From Pocillopora damicornis (lineage: Eukaryota), in contig NW_020845558.1 of NCBI RefSeq assembly GCF_003704095.1, positions 496,001-560,000 on the forward strand: a stretch of DNA of 64,000 nucleotides, in the 5' to 3' direction. The translations under genes were made by a program, and so were the position numbers. The stretch's first letter is position 1. Every line of letters begins with the position of its first letter. This document shows positions 26,196 to 39,389 of the stretch, in pieces. The notes below the pieces were generated by a model. It searched no databases, was not told where the DNA came from, and was given only the letters and a program-made list of their open reading frames with translations.

Positions 26196-29100
26196 ATGGC
26201 GAGCAAACACGACTCCGAACTTCTGAGTCCCTTGAACTCTTCAAGTGAAGAAACCAGGCCTGGTGCGGCTGTTGAAGAAGAAGATGGAAAGCGAGAGCAG
26301 TGGACAAGAAAACTTGATTTTCTCTTATCGTGCATCGGTTATGCTGTGGGACTCGGCAACTTATGGCGTTTCCCGTATCTCTGCTACATCAATGGAGGAG
26401 GTGAGATATCATTTGATAAAATACGTCTATATTTATATCGTGGTTTTAACCTTCTCGCTTTCAATAGGTATAAAGAAAAACTGGAGTAACCAGCATGGCT
26501 GTAAATTTCCTCGCAAAGTATTGATTTGCTCCGCCTTGTGTTTCGATTTCCTTTTTCAAAATCGCCAAAACACATCGTCATGACTGCTCTGCTAAATTAC
26601 TACCGAATGGAAAGGAAAAAATTGTACCTAATCCAGAAAAATAAACATTACGGAGGTCAACGTATTAAAAAATAGATAGTAAATTTTGAGCTAATCTTTC
26701 CATTGAAGAAATATGTTGAACGATTTTTTTTTCACAATTGTGGGACAAGAAAATAAGTTCACTACAAGCTCAGGAAGATTCGAACCTCAAAATTTAGAAT
26801 TTTACGGTTGAATCCTCTTCCGAATGTTGAACGGCTGTGGTTATTGTCTAGTCGTACTAATAGGATGAGAAATTTGGAAAGCCTCGTGTTTATAAATAAA
26901 TTAAGAAAGATGGTGAATTTAGAGCCCGGTCCTCGGGCGAAGAAATCTCTTTATATTTGATACAAGCGTGAGAAGAAGACATTTTAGAGCACTTATCTTT
27001 AATTAGTAAAGTACTTCTCGTAAAAAATAGATTATTTGTTGATAGATTTAAAACAACAACAAGCGAACACACAACCCCAAAGATCTCGTGTTGCTAACGG
27101 CTTCATTTAAGGTTGGCTAGAGTACTAAACTAAATCGTTTTCGTTCAGTATGGTATATTTGATTGCCTAATATATTTTATAACGACCATGTAGTAATGAT
27201 TCCGCATTCGCGACAACCGGTTACAACTTTAAAATGTGATTTCCATCTTACAAACGCGACATATACGACAGTGCCGCGGATAGACGCGTCCTTGAAATGG
27301 AAAATTACTGAATTCGACGATAGATTCAGAAGCTGAAATAACCTCTGGGTCAACAAAGTCGTTAAACGTGTTGATGCAAGACTAAGACTTTGTTTGGCAT
27401 TCCTGAGATTCAAGCTTTTTAGCGATGAGTTTGCCTATTCAAAAGATTGTTATGTAACAGTGTACCGGCCCCAAGTGTCAACTCTCGTCCGGAGCTTAGG
27501 CAACCTCCGGCTTTAAAGGGGGTATCAATCGAATTATTTCATCGTCATGGGCTTTCTTTCAAGTGCTACTTTAATTTCCGTAATGTGTGCGAAATTGTTG
27601 TTAGTATTTTGCATTTGTTTGTCGCTCAACCTGTTGCTTTCAGCTGCGGATAAGATAAAGAGGCTTCATTTGAAAAAGCTACGAATAAACAGCACAACAG
27701 GCTCCTGAAACAGAAAGGTTCTCAGTCTTATACTGAAAAACTCACGGATACTTGTATCTACATGTTTTAAGGCTTTATTGACCCCGAGAACATTTTCCGA
27801 AAACTCCTCGAAGTAAGTAATTTTCCATCACACGGACACAAGGACAGGACAGGCCTAACCGTGTTTACATGTCAACAATTAGACAGTCACTATTTCTGCT
27901 CGGGGAAAATAAAGTGCCTGCATGGACATGGATACAAGAACTTACAAACAACTTACACGAGTCAGTCCTTGCTTACGTCAGGGTCCTAAAAAACGTCAAC
28001 TGGTAATAAATCTAGAATTAAACGAGATAAATTTGAAATTTATGAAGCCGAACTGGAAAAGAAACTGGACATGTGAGTTCACGAATAAAGTCTGCTTTGA
28101 TTGAATACTTTTCCACGATGAGAAACCAATCATTCTTTAGTTTGTTCCGATTTGCCCTTACTTCCCAACAGCACAATAGCTTTCATTGTCAATGTCTCCA
28201 GATGAGGTTTGAGTCTTAGACTTAACATTTAAAAAGCATAAAGGTTATTTCTTCCGATGCTGAAGCATGCTAATGTCAGGTACATATTTGTTTTCGATCC
28301 GCCTCTGCGCGAAGAACCATCTTCTTTTTTATCTGTGTTAATTCTGTCAACTCAAAGTTTAAATATTTTAACCTCAGCACGGAGTCATCATCAAAACCAC
28401 TAATTGTTAAAAATTTTTCTACACAAATGTAATGGGAGACACTGAAGGCTAAGAAAACTCAGCAGATAAGCACACATATTATCAATATTTGTTAACTTCA
28501 CAGCCTCCTTCCTGATTCCTTACTTGATTTGTTTGGTGTTCTGTGGAATTCCTATCTTCTACTTGGAAGTCGCTCTTGGTCAGTACGTTGGAAAAGGAAT
28601 CGTCAAATCATGGGCGGCAATTTGTCCTTTGTTTGGAGGCATGTACTACAGTTCATTATTTATATTGTCAAGCATTAACCCTTTAACTCCTAAGAGTGAC
28701 TGGCATTTCATTTCTCCTTCCAATATCACCTTGAATCAAATGTAAAGGTCACAAGAATAACGGAACTTATCATTAATTTAGGAAGCTCCTGATTGTCAAA
28801 CAAATTCTCCTCGTCAATTCCAGAGGAAATGTAAGGAGAACAGAATGGAGAATATAAATACCAATGTTAGGATGTAAAAAAAACCTTCTAAGAGCAATTT
28901 GAAGGTGTTTTAGGACCTTATCAAAGTGCATACCATTAACTTGAGATAGGATTGAAAAAGGAGTCTCACTCACAAAAGTGGTAGGGACCTTCAAACCACG
29001 AGAAGGGTGGAGATAATAAAACTATTTTGGCCAATTTCATCAGTCTCACTGACAACACAGAAGCACAGCACAATACAGCACAGAAGAGTTCTTACCTTGA

Positions 29101-32100
29101 TGGACAATGGCTCCAATTACCCAATATAAAACTAGTTGTTAAAGACAGTATTTTTGTGTAATTGCAGGGCTTGGGTATGCTATGTTAGTGATCACCTTCC
29201 TAATCAGCGTTTATTACAATGTCATCATCGCTTGGACTCTGTATTATTTGGTCGCGACTTTCCGAAAGACTCTGCCTTGGGGTGAATGTGGAAACGAGTG
29301 GAATTCTAACTACTGCAAGTAAGTTACTAGTATAATCAAAAATCAAGATGAATAGTATCATTGCTATAGGAGAGTGTATAGACAAATGTGATAAGAAGGA
29401 TGTAAACATCTAACAGCATGATATATACAGAGTGACTGAGAATAACTCTCTGTCTAATATACCCTTAGATTACATCATTTAAGGCTGCAGCTACAGGCAT
29501 GAAATAGCGCTATATCTAACTGACTTAGCGTCTCTGATGCCTTCAGTGGGCTTTAATACTTTGCGTATATTTCATTCTGATGTTTATTAATTCAATTTTT
29601 TTGCTTTATTTTTTTCTTTTTAAGGAAAGACCGGGTAATGGATGCAAGAGTGAACTGCACAGCCATTGGTCTTCCTGTCAACTGTACTGGAAGTTACATT
29701 TCTCCCGAGGAAGAATACTTCAAGTAAGAAATATGTCCACTGCGCAATTAAATTCATTGACTCTAAGTACGCGAACAATGAGTTTTCAAACAGCTTTGAA
29801 GAAAGCTTTTATAACCATTTTCACTCGAAAAACGTGGCAAAAGAGAAAAATACAGGAAAAGGGGAGAGAGGCGGAGTGGGGTAAAGTTCCTTTCATCTCT
29901 ATCTTTGCCGGGGTTTAGAAAAATAATCATTGCTGACAAAATGAAAATAAGTCATTTCCCCAAACGCCAGTAAGTCACGACTTTAGGACCACTTACCGGA
30001 AAATCCATATACTTATGTTATGTTATTATTCATCAATACAGGATAGGGGATTTCGCCTTCTATGTTGGAAGAAAGTGATTTAAACTTTTAATTCAAGTTG
30101 TGACCGTCTTTATTGTTTTAGTAATCACGTCCTCAAGTTGTCTGATGGAATTGATCAGCCAGGAGAAGTACGTGGAGAACTGGCTGCCGCGTTACTTGTA
30201 GGTTGGATCGCTGTTTACTTCTGTGTGTGGAAAGGAGTGAAATCAGTTGGAAAGGTATTTCTGTTTATAATTTTAACCATTGTCATTCTCATGATAATGA
30301 TAATAATTTACGTGGAGACCCCGGCTCTAAGAGTAATATATTCAAAGTTCTAAGTGTTGCTATAATGATATCAAAATCAATTATCGTGGAATCTACTTGA
30401 TAGTATAATCTTTTTCAAAATGGCGTCTGATGATGAAAATCCTTATCTACGTAAAATCTACCCGGGAAATTCGCACCAGTAACCAAATGATCCGAATGAG
30501 AATTTTTTACTTGGTTATCTTGCAAAGTGTCATTCAACTAAGTTTTGTTTCATGTAAGAGATGATATGGTTGAGGTGAATTATTTACTTCAACCATGCAG
30601 TGGTCTGCCAATGAATAATTGTTGTCATTTCTGAGTCGATATTCGCTGCATTAACCTGGATCATCCAATTTGGATTATGATCTTGCTATGGGGGTTATTT
30701 ATACTCATGCAAAACTTTTTTAACTTTGGTCACCAGTTTTAAGGTGGTTTATTCTCAAAAGCATAACGAAAGAACAGTTGTAACTACACTGAACACTTGT
30801 TGATGTTCCTGATACCGGAATTAACCCTTCACTCTAACAAAGAGCCAACACTCAAAAGGCCAGCCTTTGACACTCTTTACAGTGGCCAATTTACATTATC
30901 AACTCAGCTGATAAATAAAATCATCTTGATACATCCCCAATCGACAGAGCACCATGGTTCTTTAGAAGTTTACCCTCTTTGTTCCTGATACAGGTTGTGT
31001 ACTTCACTGCGTTGTTTCCCTACTTCGTTTTGTTCATCCTTCTTGTGCGAGGTGCTACTTTGGAAGGAGCTGGCGATGGAGTCTTGTTCTATTTGAAGCC
31101 TGAGTTCTCCAGACTCTCGGATCCAAAGGTGAGAATTTGTGGTCATTGTCTGGAGTTATGAGGTTCCAGTTTACTAAGTAGATAGGCATTGCCTCATCTT
31201 ATGCTCTGCTGTTCTCCGGGAAAAAATATGGAGTTTTCGAGCCGACAAAGACCACAACGGTAACGCCAGCCAAGACTAAAAACTATTACATTATATATAC
31301 ACCAAGAGATCGCTCTTGATATGCACGTATGTTGCATGTTTAGTGAAGGACAGGTTTGACATGTTAACAAAATTCCGCAAAATTATCCAAGCGTAAGATG
31401 CCCTAAGGAAGTGTTGTTCAGCCATTGTTTTGGACCATGCCTTTGCTAATACTTGACTAGTTTCTTTTATTGTATTGAGTAGTCGCCAAAACGCATTACG
31501 TGTTATACGAACCGTCTATTAACAGCGCCAATGCATTAGAAGAATATCACATCTGTTGTAATTTCCACAGGTGTGGGTGCAAGCCGCCGGTCAGATATTT
31601 TATTCACTCAGCATTGGCATGGGAGGACTTCTCACCTACAGCAGTTTTAACAAATTCAACAACAATTGTGAAAGGTAATAAAGACGTAGCCCTAAAAGCG
31701 AAAATGATTTCTAACCATAAGACTTACTCTGACCTCCATATACAAAAGACAAGAATAGGGAAAAAAAACTAGGCCAGGATCTCTCTTCCTTCCCTGTATA
31801 TGGAGCAAAGTATTCCAAAATTTAATTCAATTTTCATATTTAATTCTTGGAGACCTAGAGCCTTACTCCTTTCGTGACCAAGAGCCCTGGAGGCCCTAAA
31901 TTCCTCCAAGATTCTGATTTCATCCCCATGTAAGATTCAATCTCTAACTGAATTATCATCAATTACGAGTAAGAGCAAGACACTTCTGTCTGGTTGCTCC
32001 TGCTTTTTAACTAATTTTTAAAATAGTATCAAATTCAATTTTCAGGGACAGCGTGGTGGTATCACTTATCAACTGCTTCACCAGCTTTTTCGCGGGCTTT

Positions 32101-35100
32101 ACCGTTTTCACTATGATGGGGTTCATGGCACACTTACTGAAAACTGAAGTTGGAAATGCAGTTAAAGGAGGTAATAGCCTTAAACTGCAGTATTTATCAA
32201 GTCAACCAGTTATCTTAGCTTGTCTTTGAAAGAAAGCGATAAAATCAAGTTTGTTTCTTTCCCAACATTTAGGGCGCCAATGGACTGGAAACTCCTTCTA
32301 AAACAAATGTATTTAATTCTCACCTGGAGATTTTTCCATGCCTACAACTTTACACTACTTTGTGTCCCTTATCTATCGAGAGACACTTCATTTATTAATA
32401 TGTAAGAAACTGTAAATGATATTCAGTTATACAAGTTCAGGTGTGGTTTAAGTGAGTTTCTAATAAAGGCAATGACAATAATGGTTTCTATCCCTGCCTT
32501 TAGCCCCATGGTTCTATTATTTCAATGAGTAGCTGAGCTGTGCAAGCACAGGGTTGCATCCCCCTGTAGGTTGTATACTTTAGAGAAAGCCTACCTGGAA
32601 CCTCCTGTCTACTGGTACTCTACACCTTTAAGTGAAAAGCGAGTAAAGTTTCAATATCATGTGAAATCTATTCGAAATGTGCTAAGCATATATATAAAAA
32701 AATATTTGTTTCATATTCAGGACCAGGTCTGGTGTTTATGGCGTTTCCTGAAGGAATTAAACAGCTTCCAGTGTCTCAACTCTGGGCATTTCTCTTTTTC
32801 TTTATGTTGTTTAATCTTGGACTTGACAGCCAGGTTAGTATGTATAACCAATTTGATCTAACTCTTCCCTAGCGCAGATCATTAGATTTCGCCTTCATAT
32901 TATTTAGATTAAACTGATCACAGAGTCTCCTTGAAAGAGCATGACAAATGACATGAATTTTTCATTTTTCGCCTAACGAACGTCATCTCTTCCCTTTAAA
33001 TAACTCTGGGCTAAATAATATTATTTATCAATCCTTCAATCCCCCAGATCTACCTGGTAACTCTCCCTTTCTGGGTTGATTATGTCTTTGTATTAATTTG
33101 GTGCCCCATCTCGTTAATACCCCTTTGCTGATAAGTTTTTTCTTTCTCATCATTTTTTCTCTGGATTTCACCCAGAGTAGTTACGTGTTTATTACTTCTG
33201 GGAGTTAAAAAGAGAGGGCAGAGCGAACGGAGAAGTTAGGTGATGCGCTAAAACAAATATAAGTGGAACTTGTGAGCAGGAAGTTCTGTCAAATTGAGGG
33301 CATTTCTATTGACTCTCATAAAACTAAAACCAAAGTAACAAAAAGCTCATCAGAACGAAGAAAAATATCACAAGGAGTTATGAAAACTCAAAGTCGAAAA
33401 AAAGCCAACTGGCTAGAGCGCGGTAAAGCGCGAGCACCAAAGTCGCTGTTGGTTTCAGTTTTGAATCTGAATGTTTGAGGAAGTGTGCCAGTTTCTGGAT
33501 CAATGAAAACCAAGGTAAATCCTTATCACTTTCGACGCTCTGTCAATAATAACTTTTATAGCTTATAATTAATTGTCCGCAAACTGGGTGGAAGAATTTT
33601 AAGATAAGTGTTGATGACTTATCAGTGATACTTGTATTTCATTCCTTTTGAAGTTTGTTGGCGTAGAAACTTGTACCACGGTTATTCTGGACTGGTCACC
33701 ACGCATGCGTAAATACAAGTCTCTTATTTCCCTTGGCTTCTGTATCATCTGTTACCTCCTTGGACTTGCACACGTTACGCAGGTAATCCTAACTAAAAAA
33801 TTGCTATTTAGCTAATTTATTATAGCCATGAGCCTTTATAGGCAAATCACCGAGTTAACGTGGAAGTTGATCTGATTAACCGTTCCTGACCATAAACAGG
33901 TACACACAATGGAAAAACACCAGAAACTTTGAATAAATTTCAAACCTATAGAAGATACCGAGACACTCACTTCCATTTGCTCCAATTTTTTTTTTTTGGA
34001 TACTTAATATTTCATTTGCGGCGAAAACTCAATGTAGGCATTTGTTATTAGCCTTTTTTCCAACCTGCCTCTTCATAGAAAGTGATGACACTTAATAACT
34101 TTCTCTGAGAAACATAAAATACTTTTTTCCTTCGTTTTAATCGATTACTGCCGTATATTCATCAATCCTTTTATTTTTTATCTTCTTGAAGGGTGGACTG
34201 TACGTGTTCGAGATGTTTGACATTCAGAGCGGAGGAATCTCATTGGTTCTTATTGCGCTTCTTGAAACTGTCGCTATTGGATGGGTGTATGGTGAGGAGA
34301 ACAAACTTTACAACCTGCTCGATTACTTTAAAAGCTGATTGCTTCAGCTGAAAATGGGGTTAGGTTTGTCTTCCAGAGACAACTGTTTGAGATGTAGGCT
34401 GCTTCTACTGTTTAAAATGGACCACATTCTGTAACTAGAATTGTGCATTCAGATAGGAAAAGTTAGAGGCCAGTTCTTCATTTACTTGTTTTCATTATTT
34501 TGTAACAGGCACAGAAAAATTCTGCAAAAACATCGAAAGCATGGTGGGGCATCGACCAAACATCTATTTCAGGTGGTGCTGGAAGTTTATCTCACCTGTC
34601 ATTATTCTGGTAAGGGAACGTTTCATAACCGCTGGCAAAATATCTAAGCTATTTCCGCCCGTGATACATAACTTCTCCAAGGGAATTTTATTAACCAGAA
34701 ATTTAGAAAAAAAGAAAGAAAATATGCCACTATCACGGGTATAATGCAAGCTTTTAAAGAAACTAACGCATCTGAAGGGTAAAGTGAAGAGTTGTTTTTC
34801 AGAAGACCATCGTAAGTGTGGTATGTGAAAAATAATGCCAGTTTTCCTGCGAGCCCTTTATTTGAAAGACATAACTAATGTACTTCGGTTGTGATAGGTC
34901 AGTTTCATACCACACTCTATAAGATAATGTGGATCTCAACTCAGTGTTTAACCTAAAGCACTCAGTATGTTACACTTCTTCCCTGCCATCAGGTCATATT
35001 TGTCTGGCAGTGCGTGGAATGGTCTGGACTGTCACTTGGTGACTACAAATATCCCGTCTGGTCCGAATTTGTTGGGTGGGGACTTTGTCTCTCTTCTATT

Positions 35101-36458
35101 CTTTGTGTTCCCGGTTACGCCTTATACAGGCTACTGACTGATGACAAATCTCTCCCACTCAAAGAGGTAAGAAGATCCTCTAACTAATTTTTATCAATAC
35201 TGTTATCAGAACGCTGTAAACCTTTTTCAGTGAACATTATCAAAACAGCGTTTTGCACAAGCAAAACCTCTAGTAGTTTAACTACCAATAAACAGTGCTG
35301 ATACTCCTTAATTTTGACAACTGGAGTCAAGCGACCCGATGTGAACAACAGCAAAGAAAGTGTACAGTTAACTGCACCACCTCGCATCTCATGCAATATC
35401 AGCTGAAAACAGTATAGAACGAAATAGCGCAACCCATATTTTCTATTCTCTGTCGGAAAAAAAAAACAAATTCCCGTCTCATTTCAATGTAATCAACAGA
35501 GCCGCCTTTTTTTTATGCTGGTGAAGGGGATCAATTATACTTTCATTTTTATTTCAAATAAATGCTTCTTCCTTAGTGATTGGAGAGTTTCCACTGAACA
35601 GGAGTCTGCCTCTTGCTTTACAAAGTACAATTTTGATGAAGTTAAAAGAGGGTTAGCTCGATAGTAATCTGGTAATCGTAATTTACTGATATTCTTTTAG
35701 AAAAATTATCAGTGCTTTTCGATCATCAAACTTGGCGATCAATTTTCTTGTGTGTTTTTTAGAGATTTTTGAACTTGCTAAAGCCTGATGAAGCAACTAT
35801 GCGGAGGATTGAACAACAAAATGGGATTCCCTCCAAAACCGAATTTGCGCTGGTAAGTTTACCAGAACTACAACTCAATTCTCAACTCTCACTAGAGACA
35901 TGCTTATGAAATTAAATGGGTCATAAAAGATCAAAACTTGGTGAATATGTCCCACTATGAATGCTCTCTGTGTGTGCATACAGCAGTCGAGTCTGATGGA
36001 GTTTAAGAATAATTATTTTTCCTTGTCTTGGTTCCATGTACGTATGTCAATGTGTACTTGATCACCCACTCCGCCCAATGGGGCGTTTCAGGGCTAACGA
36101 ATAAACGAGTTCGTGAACAAATGAATGATTAGACACATTGTTTGAAACTCCCAACTGGCAGGACGCATACCACTTGGCTATATGCAAGGCGCAGGCGCGT
36201 AGCAGGGTGAAGGAATAGAACCCAGCACCACTAAATTGCAAGCCCAGCGCTCTAACCTCTCGGCCGGACTTCACCCTTGTCTCCATCTCTAATAACTTAC
36301 AATCACCAGTTGCTCACCTTGCTGAGAGTTATTGTAAAATCTCTATCGCACTTCAGGCTGACATACTTCCCAATCTTATTGCTATCGAATTTATTTCAAA
36401 ATCCCCGAAATGTCTCCAACACATTGATCTTTTTATTGTTCCTTATTTGCAGATATAA
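26196..36458 (+). CDS. SLC6 transporter gene B, 15 coding exons, ~599 aa
   Basis: Exons 26196-26400, 28504-28638 (GC donor), 29168-29318, 29625-29723, 30122-30254, 30994-31128, 31571-31674, 32046-32170, 32721-32833, 33654-33782, 34192-34291, 34509-34609, 34993-35166, 35763-35852, 36453-36458 (ATA TAA). Total 1800 nt, in frame; same intron phases and core exon sizes as gene A. The last tiny exon is less certain. Confidence 0.93.
28675..28880 (+). mobile_element. ~200-bp MITE (TTAACCCTTTA...TAAAGGGTTAA-type ends, piggyBac-like TTAA), copy 1
   Basis: Aligns with copies at ~36961-37172, ~60585-60776, ~21700-21773 and ~46764-46880 (reverse). Shared blocks: AATTTCTCC, GAATCAAA..TAAGGTCA.GAGAATAA.GGAA, AAGCTCTTGATTGT.AAAC.AATTCTCC, GGAAATGTATAG, GATGTTAGGATGTAAAGGG. 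Confidence 0.75.
30830..30984 (+). mobile_element. Decayed copy of the Penelope 3' UTR/hammerhead repeat, abutting the acceptor of gene B exon 6
   Basis: ctaacaaagagccaacactcaaaaggccagcctttgacactctttacagtggccaatttacattatcaactcagctgataa aligns with 13103-13190. Confidence 0.6.
36062..36270 (-). mobile_element. tRNA-derived SINE (different family) in the last intron of gene B
   Basis: Minus strand GGCCGAGAGGTTAGAGCGCTGGGCTTGCAATTTAGTGGTGCTGGGTTCTATTCC is a tRNA-like head with A/B boxes, followed by a core ...GCCAAGTGGTATGCGTCCTGCCAGTTGGGAG and a tail GCCCTGAAACGCCCCATTGGG. Confidence 0.6.
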
Positions 36459-36960
36459 AGGCGAAATCCCTGTTCTGCAACGAGGAGGAACTTCCATGTA
36501 CAAAGCTACAATTAGAATAGAATTAAACAGCTTCGCATGAATTGACTCTTTGTTCAAGTGACACCACAACCAATTAAAAATTTAGATGAGTATAGTGCCA
36601 TAAAGGTTACTAATTTGAAAAAAAAACCTATTCGACAAAAGTAAATTAGTCTTTTAAAGAGAGGTCAACGTTCACTTTTATATGGAAATAGGAAAAAGTT
36701 TTCAGGGATTTAAGCTTAACAGCCCTAAGATTTATGATACCATCTCAGTGTTAATTAAATAAGAGCACTTTTATTACGTGTAAACCCACAGTTGAAAATG
36801 AATCACGTTGTAGTGCGTAGTAAATGAGTTTTGAAGTTGTGGTATCACAAGATTCAGCATGATTTACTTCCTTTCGTTTAATTTACTGAAGGACAAAAAT
36901 TCTCAAAACTAAGGCAATTCAAGATTTATTAGCACAAATGTGTTGTTCAAGTTCTTCCAG

Positions 36961-37172
36961 CCCTTAAACCCTTAGAGAGATCAACATCTAATTTCTCCCT
37001 ACAATGTTACTCTGAATCAAACATTAAGGTCATGAGAATAACGGAAATGATCATCAAATAAAGAAGCTCTTGATTGTTAAACGAATTCTCCTTTTCAGTA
37101 CCAAAGTAAATGTATAGAGAAGATTATGGAGAATGTGCATATTCATAATGATTTTAGGATGTAAAGGGGTAA
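36961..37172 (+). mobile_element. Same MITE family, copy 2
   Basis: Co-linear with 28675-28880. Confidence 0.75.
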
Positions 37173-37216
37173 ATTTTGAAAGCTCGTCCCCATAACTCTC
37201 AAAATACACAACCGAT

Positions 37217-37261
<45 letters not shown>

Positions 37262-37350
37262 CAAATGAGCGACACTTTCAAACTTTATATTAGTAACGTA
37301 GAAGATTTCAGTTGGCACTTGTACGAAAAAGACGTGATCGCTCTTTTCCA

Positions 37351-37521
37351 AGATGTTTCTGTGCCAACTTTTTATTGTGCTCAATAGTCTATACGGTTCT
37401 CTGTGTTTCCGTGGTGTTTCTCTGCCAACTTTTTAATTGTGCTCAATAGTCTATACGGTTCTCTGTGTTTCCGAGATGTTTCTATGCCAACTAACAGTGC
37501 TCAATAGTCTACATGACTCTC
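37351..37521. repeat. Tandem repeat, ~61-bp unit x ~2.8
   Basis: TGTTTCT.TGCCAACT...GTGCTCAATAGTCTA occurs three times; a ~45-nt poly(T) lies upstream at ~37217-37261. Confidence 0.85.
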
Positions 37522-38174
37522 TAGCGAATTTTTTACATTTTCACTGGCCAGTGTCAAAGTAGATATTCGGTTTAGTATGTAACGAGACAGTTGAATACCT
37601 TTTTCAACCAAAGCACATGGAAACTTCTTTATCAATATAACATTGAAAGTCCAACCTCGCTTCCGCCTACAGGTTCGAAATAGTTATTTCCGGGATTTTG
37701 AAAAGCATTAAATATTTGTATTTTGTTCCAGAGTCCGAGTTGATGAATTACCTGTTTGGGAGGGGAGGGGAGGGGTCGCTGTTTGTATGACGAGACAACG
37801 GACGAATGGTACAACTGAGCATCGCCAGTAATATTCTCGATTGGAAAACAGGAAGTTTGGTAATTTGAGAACAAAATGCTGTTTTCGCTTGCTACAGCTG
37901 TGTCTGGCTCGTGTATGCAGACACATTCAATAAAGCGTGATGCAATACAGGAAAATCAGACATAAAATTTTCTCTTTTTAATACTTATGGGAAGCCATGG
38001 GAATTAGTGACAGGTCTGGAATTTTTCGTTTTAATTATATTATGTTTCTATGATTAATCATTGTTCGTAGCTTTTGACCTCCGCGTTCTTATTGCGTACC
38101 AAACATACCAAATTAACAAAAGTCAAACCGCGTCTGAAACAAACGAATCACATAAAGAACGGGAACTGCCCAAA

Positions 38175-38412
38175 ATGGCGGAGCCGCAAAGTGAAGCGGA
38201 TCGAGAACTGCATCATGTTGCTGTCTCAAGCGAAATGCCGCTCACCGGGTCCGAGGAAAAGGGAGATGACAGTTGTCCAGGAGAAGGGCAGGATTTAGGG
38301 AGCAGGGAGATTTGGTCAAGAAAGCTAGATTTCTTATTGTCCTGTATAGGTTACGCCGTGGGTCTTGGCAATGTATGGCGATTTCCCTACCTATGTTATA
38401 AAGGTGGTGGAG
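38175..38412 (+). CDS. Stand-alone SLC6 first coding exon (N-tail + TM1); probable alternative first exon (1a) of gene C
   Basis: AAAATGG start; encodes [11 protein letters not shown]...[36 protein letters not shown]; ends in a phase-1 donor G|GTATGT like the other first exons. No SLC6 exon 2 was found before the next first exon at 42654. Confidence 0.8.
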
Positions 38413-39346
38413 GTATGTTTTTCTTTCGCTCGGTTGTGTTGTAAAACTTTCTATCCTTTGATATGGAGAAGGTCAGGCTATATGAAAAAAAAACTAACTC
38501 GATTGCTGAGAAAGCGACGACGCCAGCGCATTAAACTTATGGCGCAGAACTCACTTCAGAAGTTAGTACTTGAAAAATGAGTAAGTACAATTCATGCTTA
38601 CTTTATCGTTAATTTCGTGTCACTTTCCATGCGTTCGGCGTACTGCTTTATCATGTTAGTGATAGAAATTACGCACTGTGCTCGTAGTGCAGTACAAATA
38701 TCTCACCAAAACAAAGTATCAAGAGCCACATATGTCACCGCCTAAAAACACTAATCACAAGCGATATATGTATGATGTTCACGCATGAACCAAGCCTGCG
38801 TGGTCGACGTTCAGAAGGGGTAAAGAGGGCAGTGAATTCGAGTGTAAAAGTGCATTGTTGGGATCTACAAATATCGCATTCAGGGGCGGTTGCGATTGAA
38901 TCCCGCTCTTTTCTTTGTTTCACGCCCGCTGCGTCGACGGTTTATAAAACCTTTTCTCGATCAAAAAATTACCTTTTAAGAAAACAAACACTACAAAGGT
39001 AAGTGGCTGCTTTAAGTGTATTAAACACTTTGCGAGTTTGGTTTAAAAGCAATTTAATTTGACCGTTACTGTTTTTCTATAGCGGAAACTTGCCAGACTT
39101 GCAAGAGGGTAGACAACCTTTTTAACCTTAGAGACGAATTGTGAATTATGCTCGGAAACCCGAGCTTGATTTGCACGATTTTCACTTCCGCTCGTTCTCT
39201 TAATCACTCTTAATCCGATTCATTTGGGTCGCATAAAAATGCAAAAACTGATTGTGATCGCTAAATGCAGTAAACAAGTCCAGAGGACCGCTAAATAACG
39301 TAGTTGATATCTATTAAAAGGAACCGGAAATTACTAGCGAGATCAA

Positions 39347-39389
39347 TACATGACGTTTCGGCGACGACATATCACCATTATCAAATGTA
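39347..39389 (-). ncRNA. Minimal type-I hammerhead ribozyme motif (U3-A8 core variant) in the Penelope terminal repeat
   Basis: Minus strand reads UACAU-UUGAUAAU-GGUGAU-AUGUC-GUCGCC-GAAA-CGUC-AUGUA: stem I UACAU/AUGUA, 6-bp stem II, palindromic ACGU stem III, GUC cleavage triplet. Confidence 0.7.

Noticed and set aside
37199-37384. Poly-Lys ORF; also the poly-Gly ORF at 44520-44780
   Set aside because: Products of poly(T) and poly(C) homopolymers whose lengths may also be assembly artefacts.
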